64,000 bases of DNA. It comes from Candidatus Curtissbacteria bacterium RIFCSPLOWO2_12_FULL_41_16. Its GTDB lineage: Bacteria > Patescibacteriota > Microgenomatia > Curtissbacterales > GWA2-41-24. The DNA is taken from the NCBI GenBank assembly GCA_001776545.1, contig MFBZ01000022.1, positions 14,065-78,064 of the forward strand. The letters are read 5' to 3'. The position numbers and the translations under genes are program-made. Under the pieces are notes generated by a model. That model saw nothing but the letters and a program-made list of their open reading frames with translations, ran no database searches and was not told where the DNA came from. Shown here piece after piece: positions 19,867 through 30,142 of the stretch. Numbering within the stretch: the first letter of the stretch is position 1; each line of letters opens with the position of its first letter.

Positions 19867-20510
19867 CTAGTGTTTTGCAAGCATTGAAAGTTGATATCTT
19901 TTGACTTCTGTGAAGATCTTATTCTTGGCTTTTTCCCAAGAGAAGTCCGCGTCAAGGACTTTAATCGACCTGGGATATTTTTCTTTTTCAGCATCCTCAA
20001 GATAGATTAGTGCGCGCAGAATGAGCATCAGTTGATAGCCAGGGTACTTTTTAATAGCGAAGTTAATAAGTTCTCCTAGCGTGTAGAAGTTGAGAAGATA
20101 ATAGATGTCTATAAAATCGCGCCTTGTGCCCCCTTGAATAATGGCAGCCAGTTTCATGGCGGCAACGTCAGCAAGACTAGCAATACTTATGTCTTGATAT
20201 TGTTTCAGAGGTTCAAGTAGTTGATACGAATAGTAAAAAAAGAAAGTTCTGTTTCGCCTATAATACTTTTTAAGGTATCTTCTGCCGTAAGTAGCGTTTT
20301 GGCATTTGGGAAAGTTTTTTTAATGTCTTTGGCAAGTCGAGGACTTGGGAATTTTTTTTGACTATAGAAGTCAAAGTCGATGGATGTCCGGTGACCAATC
20401 TGCAGTGCTAGTGCTGTGCCGCCGGCGAGATAGAAACCCGGGGCCTTTGGCAATTTCAGCTCTTTGACTATTGCAAGCTGATTTTTATTCAGAATGTGCG
20501 AATGCATCAA
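19867..20510 (-). pseudogene. AbiEii-family nucleotidyltransferase toxin, frameshifted in a T7 run
   Basis: FYLAGGTALALQIGHRTSIDFDFY in the first frame; DVAAMKLAAI...RDFIDIY in the -1 frame; one extra T at 20235-20241 restores LSFFYYSYQLLEP. Confidence 0.8.
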
Positions 20511-20833
20511 ATTTTGAAAAGTTTTTTGTAGAGATTAAGATTTGCGTTAGGGTCCAGATTAATGTAGGCTAACTCTTGTTTAAACTTGGGAGCTTCAACA
20601 CCCAAAATTTTTTGCCAATAAAGCAGGCTTATTTTGTACCACATGCCCCTTCTTGGGTTTCGCAACACACGTCTAATGCCGTTGAGGCTGTAATTGTTAA
20701 ATAGCCATAAAACGGCTTTTTGATCACCGAGATTTAAAACTTGGGTGATGATAGTTTCCTTATGGCGTTTTTTCTCCATTTTTTTAATATCGTAAGACCA
20801 AAGATATGGTTGCAAAAAGTTAGGGAGAGCCAT
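20507..20833 (-). CDS. DUF6922-like antitoxin partner of AbiEii
   Basis: LQPYLWSYD...IITQVLNLGD..AVLWL motif directly upstream of AbiEii. Confidence 0.7.
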   Translation of the reverse strand: MALPNFLQPYLWSYDIKKMEKKRHKETIITQVLNLGDQKAVLWLFNNYSLNGIRRVLRNPRRGMWYKISLLYWQKILGVEAPKFKQELAYINLDPNANLNLYKKLFKI

Positions 20834-20970
20834 AAGTATAGTTTAGCATATTTTGAGCGTAATTCGCAGGGGCGGAAAGTAGATTTTTTTCACAAAACAG
20901 AATGCTGGGCCTTCCGAGTGTTCTAACTGATTCCTGCTATGGGCTAGAATTATGGTAAAATAGGGGCAAC

Positions 20971-23900
20971 ATGGCAGAAGTACCTTTGCGTCCGACATTG
21001 CCGGGGGATGAGGAGCCCAGAAGAGTTCCCGGAACTGATGGCCCGTCTCGACTTGGTCGATCCGAGGCGGACGAGGAAAAACGCGCAGAAAAAGTCAAAG
21101 ACCTTAACCAGGAGGCGAAAGAGAAGAGATTAAGAGAGGAGCAAAAAAGGGCATATGAGTTTGTCAAGGAAGCTAAAAAGAGGATTGAAGAGACTAAAGC
21201 AAGAGGCGAGCAAGAAAAGATTCGATACAAGGAAGCGAAAAGTTATCTGGAAGCAGTTTCGTCACTTCAGGACGAAAACCCAGTAATAATTAACCCCGAA
21301 GAGCTTAAAACCTACAAAGATTTGCTTATGAAGCACGGCTATCTTAAGGCTTCCGAGATTAATAAATTAGAGCCCGCCCAGGTAGTGGTTATTTTTCAGG
21401 CAGTGGCCCGAGAGGTGGGGTTTGAAGAACCACAAGAAGAGGATTTTTCTTACACTGAAGGAGAAAATCGAGAGCTGGAGAGAAAAAGAGCAAAGAGTTT
21501 AATCAGACAAGCAGAAAGTGTCGACGAGGAAACCTTAAATGTAGAAAAAGTGGGGCAAAATTTAACTGTTGAGGAATTTGAAAAGGCGGCTGAACGTAGC
21601 GGGCCGGGGACGATGGAGAGACCAGAAAGAAAGGCTGAAGCTCATGAGGGGGAACCAGTTTCATTCATTGTCCAGTCGCGGAAACATCTGGCGGTTTTAT
21701 CTCAGGAAGATGTTGCGCAAATTTGTGAAGCACAGGTCGTGCCTGAACAAATTATCGTTGAGGCGACTTCTGGATGGGAAGATAAGGACTATGTTGACCG
21801 CGGGGAGGCTCTTAGGAAGAATGGTATTTTTAACACTCAAGAACTGACGGCCGAAGGGGTAAAATCCGAGAGGTCTGTAAGCGATGCTCAGGCGGGATCC
21901 GAGATTGTTTATGAGGATAAAGCGAAAAAGATTTTAGTCAGTCAGTCGCCATCTGGCAAATATTATGTTGTTGGAGTGACTGATTTGGAGCCAGAGACAA
22001 TAGGGGATTTATTAAAGAGAGCCAATATTGAAAAAGAGCTAAAGCCCCCTAAAGATTGGCAGGCTATGAGTTTCCCCGAAAAGCGGCAATGGTATAAGGA
22101 GACGGGTATCGAAGTGGTCCCGGTATTTTCAGGGGGTGGTACTCGTTGGGGTGACAATGATCGGATAAGTGAAATAAAAGCGGCAAGTCGTCTAGAAACA
22201 TTACATGCTGTCGAGGAAGATTTATTCCAGCAAGGATTAACCAGCGGGCTTAGCGAAGAAGATGCAAAAAGAGAAGCGATACGACAGCTCGAAGCGGAAG
22301 GAGATCGTACCGAGCTGGGTGAGCATTTAGGGCGACTCAGGAATGCCGAGGTGATCTTGCAGAATTTATTCAACGATTCAGTGAGAGGGATCAATGTTCG
22401 CGGGACGCCACAGATGGCTGATTTGGACTCTTTAATTGCTTTTATTCGTAATTATGGCAGGCAAAACTACAGGTTTGTTAATCAGTTTAATCAGGCGGTG
22501 GAGGGTATTGCTTCGTCTGCGGAAGCAGCTGGGCAACTGGCAGCATTGCATCGTTTTTTGCCTGCAAATGTTATTGCGGAACTAAGTAGGATTCGTAGGG
22601 ACGTGCATGACGATTGGCAGCGAGTCTATAAAGCTATGGATCCCAAGATCAGAGACAGGCTCTTCCAAAGACTCAAAGAAGAAACGCAAAGTTATGCCCA
22701 GTCGCTTCGGGCAGGATTTTATGGGACAAGAGAAGTTGAGGCGCGACTGGCACCGACTATTTTAGAGGAATCCAGAAAAGAATTACTAGGGCAAGAAGGG
22801 TTTATAGAATGGCGGGCCACAATTGAAATTGAGGGAATGAAGACTAACCAATTGGAAGCACTTTTAAAGGGGCCGCCAACAGACTGGCGGGAATCTGAGA
22901 GCCATTTAAATAGCATTTTAAGATTTGTGGAATCTACAGATTTTACCCCAGAGCAGATAAGTTCTGCCTTGCAAAGGGCGGTTGCTATTCCAGAGTCGAT
23001 CCCCATCGGAGTACTAACGGGAGATGAATTGAGTGAGGCAAAAGAAATGCAGGATAGGTTAAATAGAATCCTTAAGGCAACTCAGGCAATGCACACTTTG
23101 AGGGTAACAGCGGAGCGCGCGAGCCTAAATCCGGAGGCTATCGGCAAGGTTTTTGAAGGGTTTGACGACGAGACATTCAGAATTTACTTTAGCCGTTTTG
23201 CCAAGGATGCCTATGGGAAAGATTTTGAATTCAAGGATGCAGCCGGAAACATACAAAAATTCAATCTTTTGGATAAAGCACTGCAGGAGATTTTCAAGAG
23301 ACTGAAGAGGGAAAGAATAGATATGAATTTGGTTGAAGAATTATCAAGGTACGATATAAGTCGGAAGTTAACAGCAGGTGAATTGAATGATATTTGGAGC
23401 AGATGGTACAAACGAACGGGGATAATGGGGACCTTGCCAGAGGTAAGAGGTCGGCTGGAGGAGTTAAGAAAAGAGATGGTTTCGAGGATAAGTAGAAGAG
23501 GCTGGGACTCTTCTGATTGGGCGACTAATTTTGACCGCAAAAAGGCGGTGATTGGCGGGTGGCACGTAGAGGCTAATCTTTTAGGTGTAACCAAAGGGAA
23601 GGCTCGCCCGACACCAGGAAGGCCAATGGGCGAAAGGTATTTTGATCAACGCAGACGAGAACTAAGCGAGAGCTTAGAAATGATTTTGCAAGAGCCGGTG
23701 ATCGGCTTGACCGCGCAGCAGATTAAGGATTTAAGAAATACGGGGCTTTTGGATCAGGTTAACAATAATGCTTACTATCTTGCTTGGACTCTGGCTTTTT
23801 CAGAATACGATACGATTAGGGTTTGGGATAATGGCAGACGTGATGCTTTCGGCAATCAAGGAGACTGGCGAGATATAGTTAAAAGTTGGGATTCAAGCAA

Positions 23901-24876
23901 CTGGTACGGTTTCCATGTCGATCACCTGCCGGAATTTTATCTCAATGAAAATCGGGGTAGGCCAAATGATGTGAACCAGGTTTTATGGAAGCACATGCTG
24001 GGTAAAAGAAGGAAGTATGTTTTGCCGCAGTTGCGATTTTTGGTCAGAACAATAGGCCAGTGCGGGCTTTTAGAAGGGGGGAACGATCCGGAAGCATGGG
24101 GGAACGATCCGGAATTGCGTACCGCGGTGAATAATAAAATGACTGAGCTTTTTGAGGCTCATCGTGCCGAAACCGGTTTGGATTTTGTAGAAGGCAATGA
24201 TGAGGCAAGAGGTTGGGCAAGCGGGGCAGCGATAGCGGAGTTGATTATGAACGGCGATGATGTTATTCCTTTTGACAAGCTTAATTGGAGTGAAGTTTTT
24301 GAAAGATTGGACTGGACTAGCGATTATCAAAAGGAGGAAAGTAACATAAGCAAATATAATTTAATCGATATTTTTGATGACCGGACTCAAGGCCGGCGCT
24401 ATTTTGGTGCAGATCATCTGCAGGCCTATTTGGGGCAGCCGAGTACAGCCAGATTTATGGATGTTAACAGCCGCGAAAAGTTTTATTCCAAAAGGAACGT
24501 GCGCATTTGGCCTTGGATGAAAATGGTTTTGCCAGCCCATAGAGAAATTGGCCATTATTGGAAAAGATGGTTTAAGATGCCCGAGAGGATGCCACTTGCA
24601 GAAGCTGAGGGGGCGGTCGATCTGGCTGTTCAGACTGGAGTATTGGACCCCAAGAGTGTATATCCTCTAAAGAGGCAAATGTTAGGTGTGCGACTGGGTG
24701 CATTTCATATCCCTGGGTGGTGGTGGTTACGAGGCTTAAGGGAGTCAGGGGAGGCTACTCACATTCTCGCTAAAGAGACGGGGAGGGGATATCTGACTTC
24801 GCCTTTGGGGATGTTTTTTGAGTTTCTTCGGCAATTATTTAAGTATAGTGCCGGTGCTTTGGGTGGGCAGTCTTAA
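20971..24876 (+). CDS. 1301-aa hypothetical protein, charged coiled-coil N-terminus
   Basis: Long uninterrupted ORF; TAAAAT upstream; no motif recognised. Confidence 0.8.
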   Translation: MAEVPLRPTLPGDEEPRRVPGTDGPSRLGRSEADEEKRAEKVKDLNQEAKEKRLREEQKRAYEFVKEAKKRIEETKARGEQEKIRYKEAKSYLEAVSSLQDENPVIINPEELKTYKDLLMKHGYLKASEINKLEPAQVVVIFQAVAREVGFEEPQEEDFSYTEGENRELERKRAKSLIRQAESVDEETLNVEKVGQNLTVEEFEKAAERSGPGTMERPERKAEAHEGEPVSFIVQSRKHLAVLSQEDVAQICEAQVVPEQIIVEATSGWEDKDYVDRGEALRKNGIFNTQELTAEGVKSERSVSDAQAGSEIVYEDKAKKILVSQSPSGKYYVVGVTDLEPETIGDLLKRANIEKELKPPKDWQAMSFPEKRQWYKETGIEVVPVFSGGGTRWGDNDRISEIKAASRLETLHAVEEDLFQQGLTSGLSEEDAKREAIRQLEAEGDRTELGEHLGRLRNAEVILQNLFNDSVRGINVRGTPQMADLDSLIAFIRNYGRQNYRFVNQFNQAVEGIASSAEAAGQLAALHRFLPANVIAELSRIRRDVHDDWQRVYKAMDPKIRDRLFQRLKEETQSYAQSLRAGFYGTREVEARLAPTILEESRKELLGQEGFIEWRATIEIEGMKTNQLEALLKGPPTDWRESESHLNSILRFVESTDFTPEQISSALQRAVAIPESIPIGVLTGDELSEAKEMQDRLNRILKATQAMHTLRVTAERASLNPEAIGKVFEGFDDETFRIYFSRFAKDAYGKDFEFKDAAGNIQKFNLLDKALQEIFKRLKRERIDMNLVEELSRYDISRKLTAGELNDIWSRWYKRTGIMGTLPEVRGRLEELRKEMVSRISRRGWDSSDWATNFDRKKAVIGGWHVEANLLGVTKGKARPTPGRPMGERYFDQRRRELSESLEMILQEPVIGLTAQQIKDLRNTGLLDQVNNNAYYLAWTLAFSEYDTIRVWDNGRRDAFGNQGDWRDIVKSWDSSNWYGFHVDHLPEFYLNENRGRPNDVNQVLWKHMLGKRRKYVLPQLRFLVRTIGQCGLLEGGNDPEAWGNDPELRTAVNNKMTELFEAHRAETGLDFVEGNDEARGWASGAAIAELIMNGDDVIPFDKLNWSEVFERLDWTSDYQKEESNISKYNLIDIFDDRTQGRRYFGADHLQAYLGQPSTARFMDVNSREKFYSKRNVRIWPWMKMVLPAHREIGHYWKRWFKMPERMPLAEAEGAVDLAVQTGVLDPKSVYPLKRQMLGVRLGAFHIPGWWWLRGLRESGEATHILAKETGRGYLTSPLGMFFEFLRQLFKYSAGALGGQS

Positions 24877-24888
24877 TTCTCAACTTTT

Positions 24889-26409
24889 TTAACCGCCTCC
24901 TTGTTCCAATGGTGGAGGTCTTGTTCCGACACCGCTTTTGAGAGATCTATTTAAGAATGGGACACGCTCTCCATATTTCGCAACCACTCCTTGAGCCATG
25001 CCCCAACTGGCGGCTTGACCGACTGCTCTGATGGGTGCGCCCAGAGGTCTACCAATGACGGCTGCCCCCGCACCGAGGGCGGCAGCTCCGGCACCACCGA
25101 ATTGTGGGCCTTTGGCGCCGATGGCGTTTTTGACAAGATTGGCCGCTTCGGGTGTCATGAAGAGAAATCCGAGAGCTATTATTTTACCAATTGCGCCAGG
25201 ATTAAGTCCACCGACAAGCAATGGGAACTTGAGAGCTTCGGAGGCGACTCCTTGAAGCTCGCCTGCTCCGGTTCCTCCAAATGCCGAAATTCCACCGATT
25301 GCCCCGGCAAATATAATCATTAAGGAAACCGTGGGGAAAACGGCGATATTGGCGGCCATTTGTTTAAACCATTCTTTGGCGCCGGTGTTGCCAGGAAGTG
25401 CCTGGATTAAAAAGAAAAAAGGTGCGACCATTGTCAAAATAATAATCATGACATAGGCCATCAGCAGCATTAAGAAAACCCTAAACATAATAAAAAGAGC
25501 GGCGATGCCGACGATTAAACCGGCTATTCCCCCTACGCCCCATTTAATTAAACCAAGTACAGCGCCGCCAGAGATGACGCTGTCCAATAGGCCCTTGATT
25601 GCTTCAGCTGTTGTAGTGAAAACATCTTTCCAGCCACCGACGATTACACCGAAGATACTTTTGTCAAAAATTACAGATGAAGCTTTAGGGGCAGCAATAA
25701 CACCTGCTTCTGCTAATAATTGAATTATGATGTTTATTACAAGGAACATGAGATCGATCATGAGACCGGCGATGGCATAACTGAAAGTAACTAAGATTAG
25801 AGCCACGACAATTCTGGGAATTGAGTCCTGAACGGTGGCTACGGCTTGCGGTGAAATATGGGCGCGGAACATGATCATGAAGCCGATGATCACAAAGACA
25901 ATAACAAAACCTACGTAGGAGGCATTTCTGAAGACTCTCCAGAGGTTAATTACTGGACTTAAAGCTTTGTATCCTTCTCCTTGGGCATAAACAGGTTGTA
26001 CTGGATTAAACTTTTGGAATTCTTGGGCGAAATATTGGACTCCTGAAGCGGGCGGGTTTCCATATAAACTTGCTACTAAGTTCGATGTTGCAGCTAAGGC
26101 TCCTCTACCTGCGGTGAGTTCATTTGTTTCTGGATGAAGGAGCGAGAATCCTAGGATTTGAGTATTTAAACTGTCAACCGTTCCGGCAATTTGGTTAAAG
26201 TTAAAAATTTTATCATCGAAGATATTTTTATCAATCGCACAGCGGTTAAATTGGTTAATAAGTTCTTGATCTGTTGCGTTTGGGTTGTAAGTGCATTGGG
26301 CGTGGACGGGAGAGATGGTAGCGAGTAGCATGTAGCTGGTAACTAGTAGAAAGGTAACTAGTAACTTGCAACTAGTAACTAGTGACCAGATTTTGGCAGC
26401 TAATTTCAT
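24889..26409 (-). CDS. VirB6/TrbL-like polytopic membrane protein
   Basis: Signal peptide; WRVFRN..Y....IIGFMIMFR, IPRIVVALILVTFSYAIAGLMID; multiple TM; Gly-rich tail. Confidence 0.7.
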   Translation of the reverse strand: MKLAAKIWSLVTSCKLLVTFLLVTSYMLLATISPVHAQCTYNPNATDQELINQFNRCAIDKNIFDDKIFNFNQIAGTVDSLNTQILGFSLLHPETNELTAGRGALAATSNLVASLYGNPPASGVQYFAQEFQKFNPVQPVYAQGEGYKALSPVINLWRVFRNASYVGFVIVFVIIGFMIMFRAHISPQAVATVQDSIPRIVVALILVTFSYAIAGLMIDLMFLVINIIIQLLAEAGVIAAPKASSVIFDKSIFGVIVGGWKDVFTTTAEAIKGLLDSVISGGAVLGLIKWGVGGIAGLIVGIAALFIMFRVFLMLLMAYVMIIILTMVAPFFFLIQALPGNTGAKEWFKQMAANIAVFPTVSLMIIFAGAIGGISAFGGTGAGELQGVASEALKFPLLVGGLNPGAIGKIIALGFLFMTPEAANLVKNAIGAKGPQFGGAGAAALGAGAAVIGRPLGAPIRAVGQAASWGMAQGVVAKYGERVPFLNRSLKSGVGTRPPPLEQGGG

Positions 26410-26510
26410 GCAGACTGAAAGGACTCCTTTTTGGGAAGGCTTAATTTAATAGTAGCACGTGGGGAAATACGCAACAAGTAACACGTAACAGGTGACAGGT
26501 GGCAGGGTGA

Positions 26511-27893
26511 TTAGCCACAGGTTGCTTCCATACCGCATTCGGGGCATTTTCTGACTCCGCTGCCGTAGCGGATAATATAGGTGCATTTTTCTTTCTTGTC
26601 TGTTTCGGGATCTACTTTCCAGCCTGGGCACTGAAAATCGCTTGTATCTTCATCTTCGTCATCGGTAAATGGAGCAAAATCCAAGACTGACTTAGCACCT
26701 ATGGCTCTTGCAAGTTGTTTGAGGAGTGGTGGTTGACTGACATTGAATCCTTTCTGACCGCCCGGACAACCCCGAGCGACGGGGCGAACAGGCTGTCTAC
26801 CGAAATGATTGATAAGATTATTAGTATTTTGAGGTCCGACCTCTGAGAATTCAAACTCTCTTTTGGAGGTCGGACCTCTTAAAAAACAAGTGGCATACGT
26901 GGTCTTTTTTTCTTCTCGGAGCTGTTTTTCAGTTAAGTCCGCCACATTATAGATGGCATTTAAGGTCAGTTTTATTTTTTCGATATCAAGAGGGTTTTCG
27001 ATTAAAGTTCGGATATAGGCAAGGATAAAGGGCGTACAGGCTTCAATGATCTGCTGGTTCACCTGATATTTTTGGGCCGATTTGTCAAAGCCAAAAACAG
27101 CCAAAATTTCCTCAAGAGATTTTTGGGATCTAATGGGAGTTTTTAAGAAGAAGGCCGCATTTAATCCTTCGGATGGGTCTCTAAATTGGGGACTAACAGC
27201 CTGGGCGGCTTTCAGAAAACTTTCAAGTGAATGTGTTGAGTGATATCTCGTCATATTTATTTTGCCCGACTTTTTTTGATAAACATCAAAAAGGTTTTCC
27301 GTGTAGAGGCTACCTTCGGGACTTTGTGGTGAGATGACAATGATTTTGGCTTCTTCCACCTCCGAGGAGCCAGGGCTCACCTCGGAGGTGTTGGTAAAGA
27401 GTTCTTGAATCTTGGCAATGCCTTCGACTTCTGCGGTTTCTCTTTCAGTTTCTGTACTGCCATTTGTGGTCAAGAACCTTCTGCCTTTTTCATATTCTTC
27501 AACGATTGGCCCCGGGTAATCTGGACTATAGAGCCTGCCATCCGTAACAATGAAGTATTCGATGGTACTTTTTTCGACGCCGAATCTTTCTCCTAATGCT
27601 TTTTCTATTTGACGTTTGGTGCGGTTATTGGTTTGGATTAATAATTGGGCGTATTCTTCGGGTGGAATTTTGCCGTTTAGACTCTTAAGATCCAGATAAT
27701 CTTGAATATCGTGGCGGGGATTGTAGCCCATGATGCCCTTGAATTCTTTGGGTATTTCCCAGAAAACGGGTTCTGCTTTTATTAAGACACCCCTGGGGTG
27801 TAAGGCTACTCCCACCCCAGGAGTGGACGTGAAAGGCGAGTCCACCTTGGAGGTGTCATGAGTGTGAGGGATAATGATTGTTCTTTCGGGCAC
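26511..27893 (-). CDS. Hypothetical protein with C-terminal Zn-ribbon
   Basis: GTG start preceded by GGAGG; C-terminal CPGW...CTY...CPECG. Confidence 0.75.
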   Translation of the reverse strand: MPERTIIIPHTHDTSKVDSPFTSTPGVGVALHPRGVLIKAEPVFWEIPKEFKGIMGYNPRHDIQDYLDLKSLNGKIPPEEYAQLLIQTNNRTKRQIEKALGERFGVEKSTIEYFIVTDGRLYSPDYPGPIVEEYEKGRRFLTTNGSTETERETAEVEGIAKIQELFTNTSEVSPGSSEVEEAKIIVISPQSPEGSLYTENLFDVYQKKSGKINMTRYHSTHSLESFLKAAQAVSPQFRDPSEGLNAAFFLKTPIRSQKSLEEILAVFGFDKSAQKYQVNQQIIEACTPFILAYIRTLIENPLDIEKIKLTLNAIYNVADLTEKQLREEKKTTYATCFLRGPTSKREFEFSEVGPQNTNNLINHFGRQPVRPVARGCPGGQKGFNVSQPPLLKQLARAIGAKSVLDFAPFTDDEDEDTSDFQCPGWKVDPETDKKEKCTYIIRYGSGVRKCPECGMEATCG

Positions 27894-27969
27894 AAAAAAA
27901 CCTCCGTGTGCCCGAGTAGGAGGTTAGTTGTGCTTCTTAGGCAACTATCCTGCTCGGGATTCGACTTCG

Positions 27970-28132
27970 CCATTGCGGTATTCGGACTCCTCACTGCGTT
28001 CGGAGTAAACTATTACTTTGTCTAGTTGCTAAACAATTGTTAACAACATTCGAAGTTAATAATTTATGTCGAACGTATGCGAGACACCGTTGCGGCACAG
28101 TGGGAGAGTTGCACTCCACTTCCCCGCAATGG
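27970..28132 (-). promoter_or_regulatory. Cobalamin-type riboswitch (variant)
   Basis: Minus strand CCATTGCGG-GGAA-GTGGAGTGCAACTCTCCCAC-TGTGCCGCAACGGT...AGTCCGAATA-CCGCAATGG fits the GGGAA..GGUG.AA.UCC..CACUG.CCGC.AC.GU core, with a 9-bp closing stem. Confidence 0.7.
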
Positions 28133-28208
28133 GAATAAATTACTTAATTTACATTAGCATTTATGGCGAGTGGTAGCAAGAGGAATTTTGTTATAAAGGG
28201 ATTGTCTG

Positions 28209-29981
28209 TTAAGGCTGTTGACCACAGTCAATTTTAACACCGAGAGAATCCTGTAAGGCTTTGGGTTTGAGGGCCAAATCACGGACGATTTCTTTACCGC
28301 AATCGGTAGCGCCAATAAATCTTTTCTTGAGATCCTCATCTCCACTTTCAATTTGTTTGCCAGGTAAGCTTTTGGAAAGAAGATCGGGTAGGCAGTACTT
28401 GACTAAGCGCTCGGCATCACCTTGGGCGCATTCACTAGCAATCTTGCTAGTTTGATTGCAGGCTGCTTGGTTACCATCTTTACATCTTTGCACAAGACTG
28501 GCAAAGGTCGGCGGTAAGAAATAATCGCCGACCGCTTGAGGTGTAAAGAAACTATAAACCCCCGGCCTGCCGGTTTCTTGTAAAGACTGAGTTCCTGTTT
28601 CTGCCTGATCCGAGTAAAGGGTACTATTCCAAATTTCTGCAAGCCAGGGGACGCGAAAGACCGGCCAGATTTTTAGAGGTAAAAAGCAAGTGTACGTACC
28701 GTCGCCGTTATCGTCACAGTGATCAAATATCTTAGCTTTATTTTCTGGATCGATAGTAACTTCGCCTATCCAGGTAATATTAAAGGTACAAACTACGTTG
28801 GGATTATCCTGATCGAGTTTATTCTCGTCAGTTTTATTTTGACAAGTTTCACCAGGTAAAAGTTGATCAGCTGGTAAGGCACAATACTTCTCATTGCCTT
28901 CTTTGGCGGGCTTGGAGATTTTAAAACAGCCTGTCGGAGTAGTATCTGTTTGGGCAAAAGCGGTTTTGATAGGATTGGCCGAATCAAGAGAGATTTTAAT
29001 CACCCGCCGTAAGCTTTTGAGGAGAGCTTCTGGTGTTTGGTCAAGTAGCTTCTTACAGAGCGAGAGAGCTTTGGAAAGAATATTACCCGCATCAGCTTGT
29101 TGAGTGATAGTCCCGTGGTCTCGAAATGATTGGGCGGCATAAGGAACAATCATTTGATTAAGCTGATCAGAGGTGGCAGTGGTTCGCCAAAATTGGGGGA
29201 GGATAAATTCGATTACTCGAGGGAGCGATAAAAGACAAAGTTTGCCTGCCTCGAATTGTCTGATGGTTTCCTTGCCCACAGCTTGTTTAAATTCTAATTT
29301 ACCGACATAGAATTCGCTATAAGCTGTGGGGATTTTTTCCCAGTAGCGGCCCCAAGTGGCCAGCCATTGAGTTCTATCCTCATTGGCCTCGGGTGGGTCA
29401 GGGAGCCCAAATTCGCCAACCAGATCATAAATAGTTTTGGGATCACCCTTACCTTCAATATCTGTGTATTTATTGGTAGATTCGAGAAGTGTGGGTTTAT
29501 TGTAGACATACTCCACATATTTTTTTCTCAAGTCATCAATAAGGATTTTGGCAGAAGTCTTTTGGCCAGGCCCATGGAAAAGATTAAAATTTTGGCTGGA
29601 AAGATTGACAATGTTGGCTAGACGGTGGGCATCATCTTGGAATTTGCCCTCAAGGTAATTGGAATTGGTTGTGGAGAAAAGAGCTTGGAGATTGGAAAAA
29701 TCGACTGTAAAACTAAAAGATTGGGAAACGATGACATCCTCATCGCGTTTACCCTTAACTTGAATTGCTTGATCATCAGTGAATTTGATAGGCGCATCTC
29801 TATTTTCGTCGGTGATGTAATTGTCGGTTAATTTATCGGTTTCAACGGCATTTTCGCATGGTTGAGGATTAGGGGGGCCAGCGGCGCTTGCGCCGCTAGT
29901 GATAAGTGATAAGTGATAAGTGATAAGTAAAAAAAATACTATAAGAGAAATGCGAAAAGTGCTTATGATCATACTTTGCAC
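28209..29981 (-). CDS. Secreted Cys-rich hypothetical protein
   Basis: Signal peptide ending SGASA; many Cys residues; upstream of the VirB6-like gene. Confidence 0.7.
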   Translation of the reverse strand: MQSMIISTFRISLIVFFLLITYHLSLITSGASAAGPPNPQPCENAVETDKLTDNYITDENRDAPIKFTDDQAIQVKGKRDEDVIVSQSFSFTVDFSNLQALFSTTNSNYLEGKFQDDAHRLANIVNLSSQNFNLFHGPGQKTSAKILIDDLRKKYVEYVYNKPTLLESTNKYTDIEGKGDPKTIYDLVGEFGLPDPPEANEDRTQWLATWGRYWEKIPTAYSEFYVGKLEFKQAVGKETIRQFEAGKLCLLSLPRVIEFILPQFWRTTATSDQLNQMIVPYAAQSFRDHGTITQQADAGNILSKALSLCKKLLDQTPEALLKSLRRVIKISLDSANPIKTAFAQTDTTPTGCFKISKPAKEGNEKYCALPADQLLPGETCQNKTDENKLDQDNPNVVCTFNITWIGEVTIDPENKAKIFDHCDDNGDGTYTCFLPLKIWPVFRVPWLAEIWNSTLYSDQAETGTQSLQETGRPGVYSFFTPQAVGDYFLPPTFASLVQRCKDGNQAACNQTSKIASECAQGDAERLVKYCLPDLLSKSLPGKQIESGDEDLKKRFIGATDCGKEIVRDLALKPKALQDSLGVKIDCGQQP

Positions 29982-30142
29982 TTTGCACTTAGTACTTCTT
30001 TGAATCCGGGCAGCAGACTCATTCCTTAAGTATAATTGCTACATTGCTACATTGCTACATTGTTTGGTTAAGTTTCTAAATTAAATAATGATGATGTTTT
30101 TCTAAAACAATTTAACAATGGAACAATTTAACAATTTCTATC

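Noticed and set aside
27940-27970. tRNA-like GGGATTCGAC segment
   Set aside because: No cloverleaf; explained as part of the riboswitch expression platform
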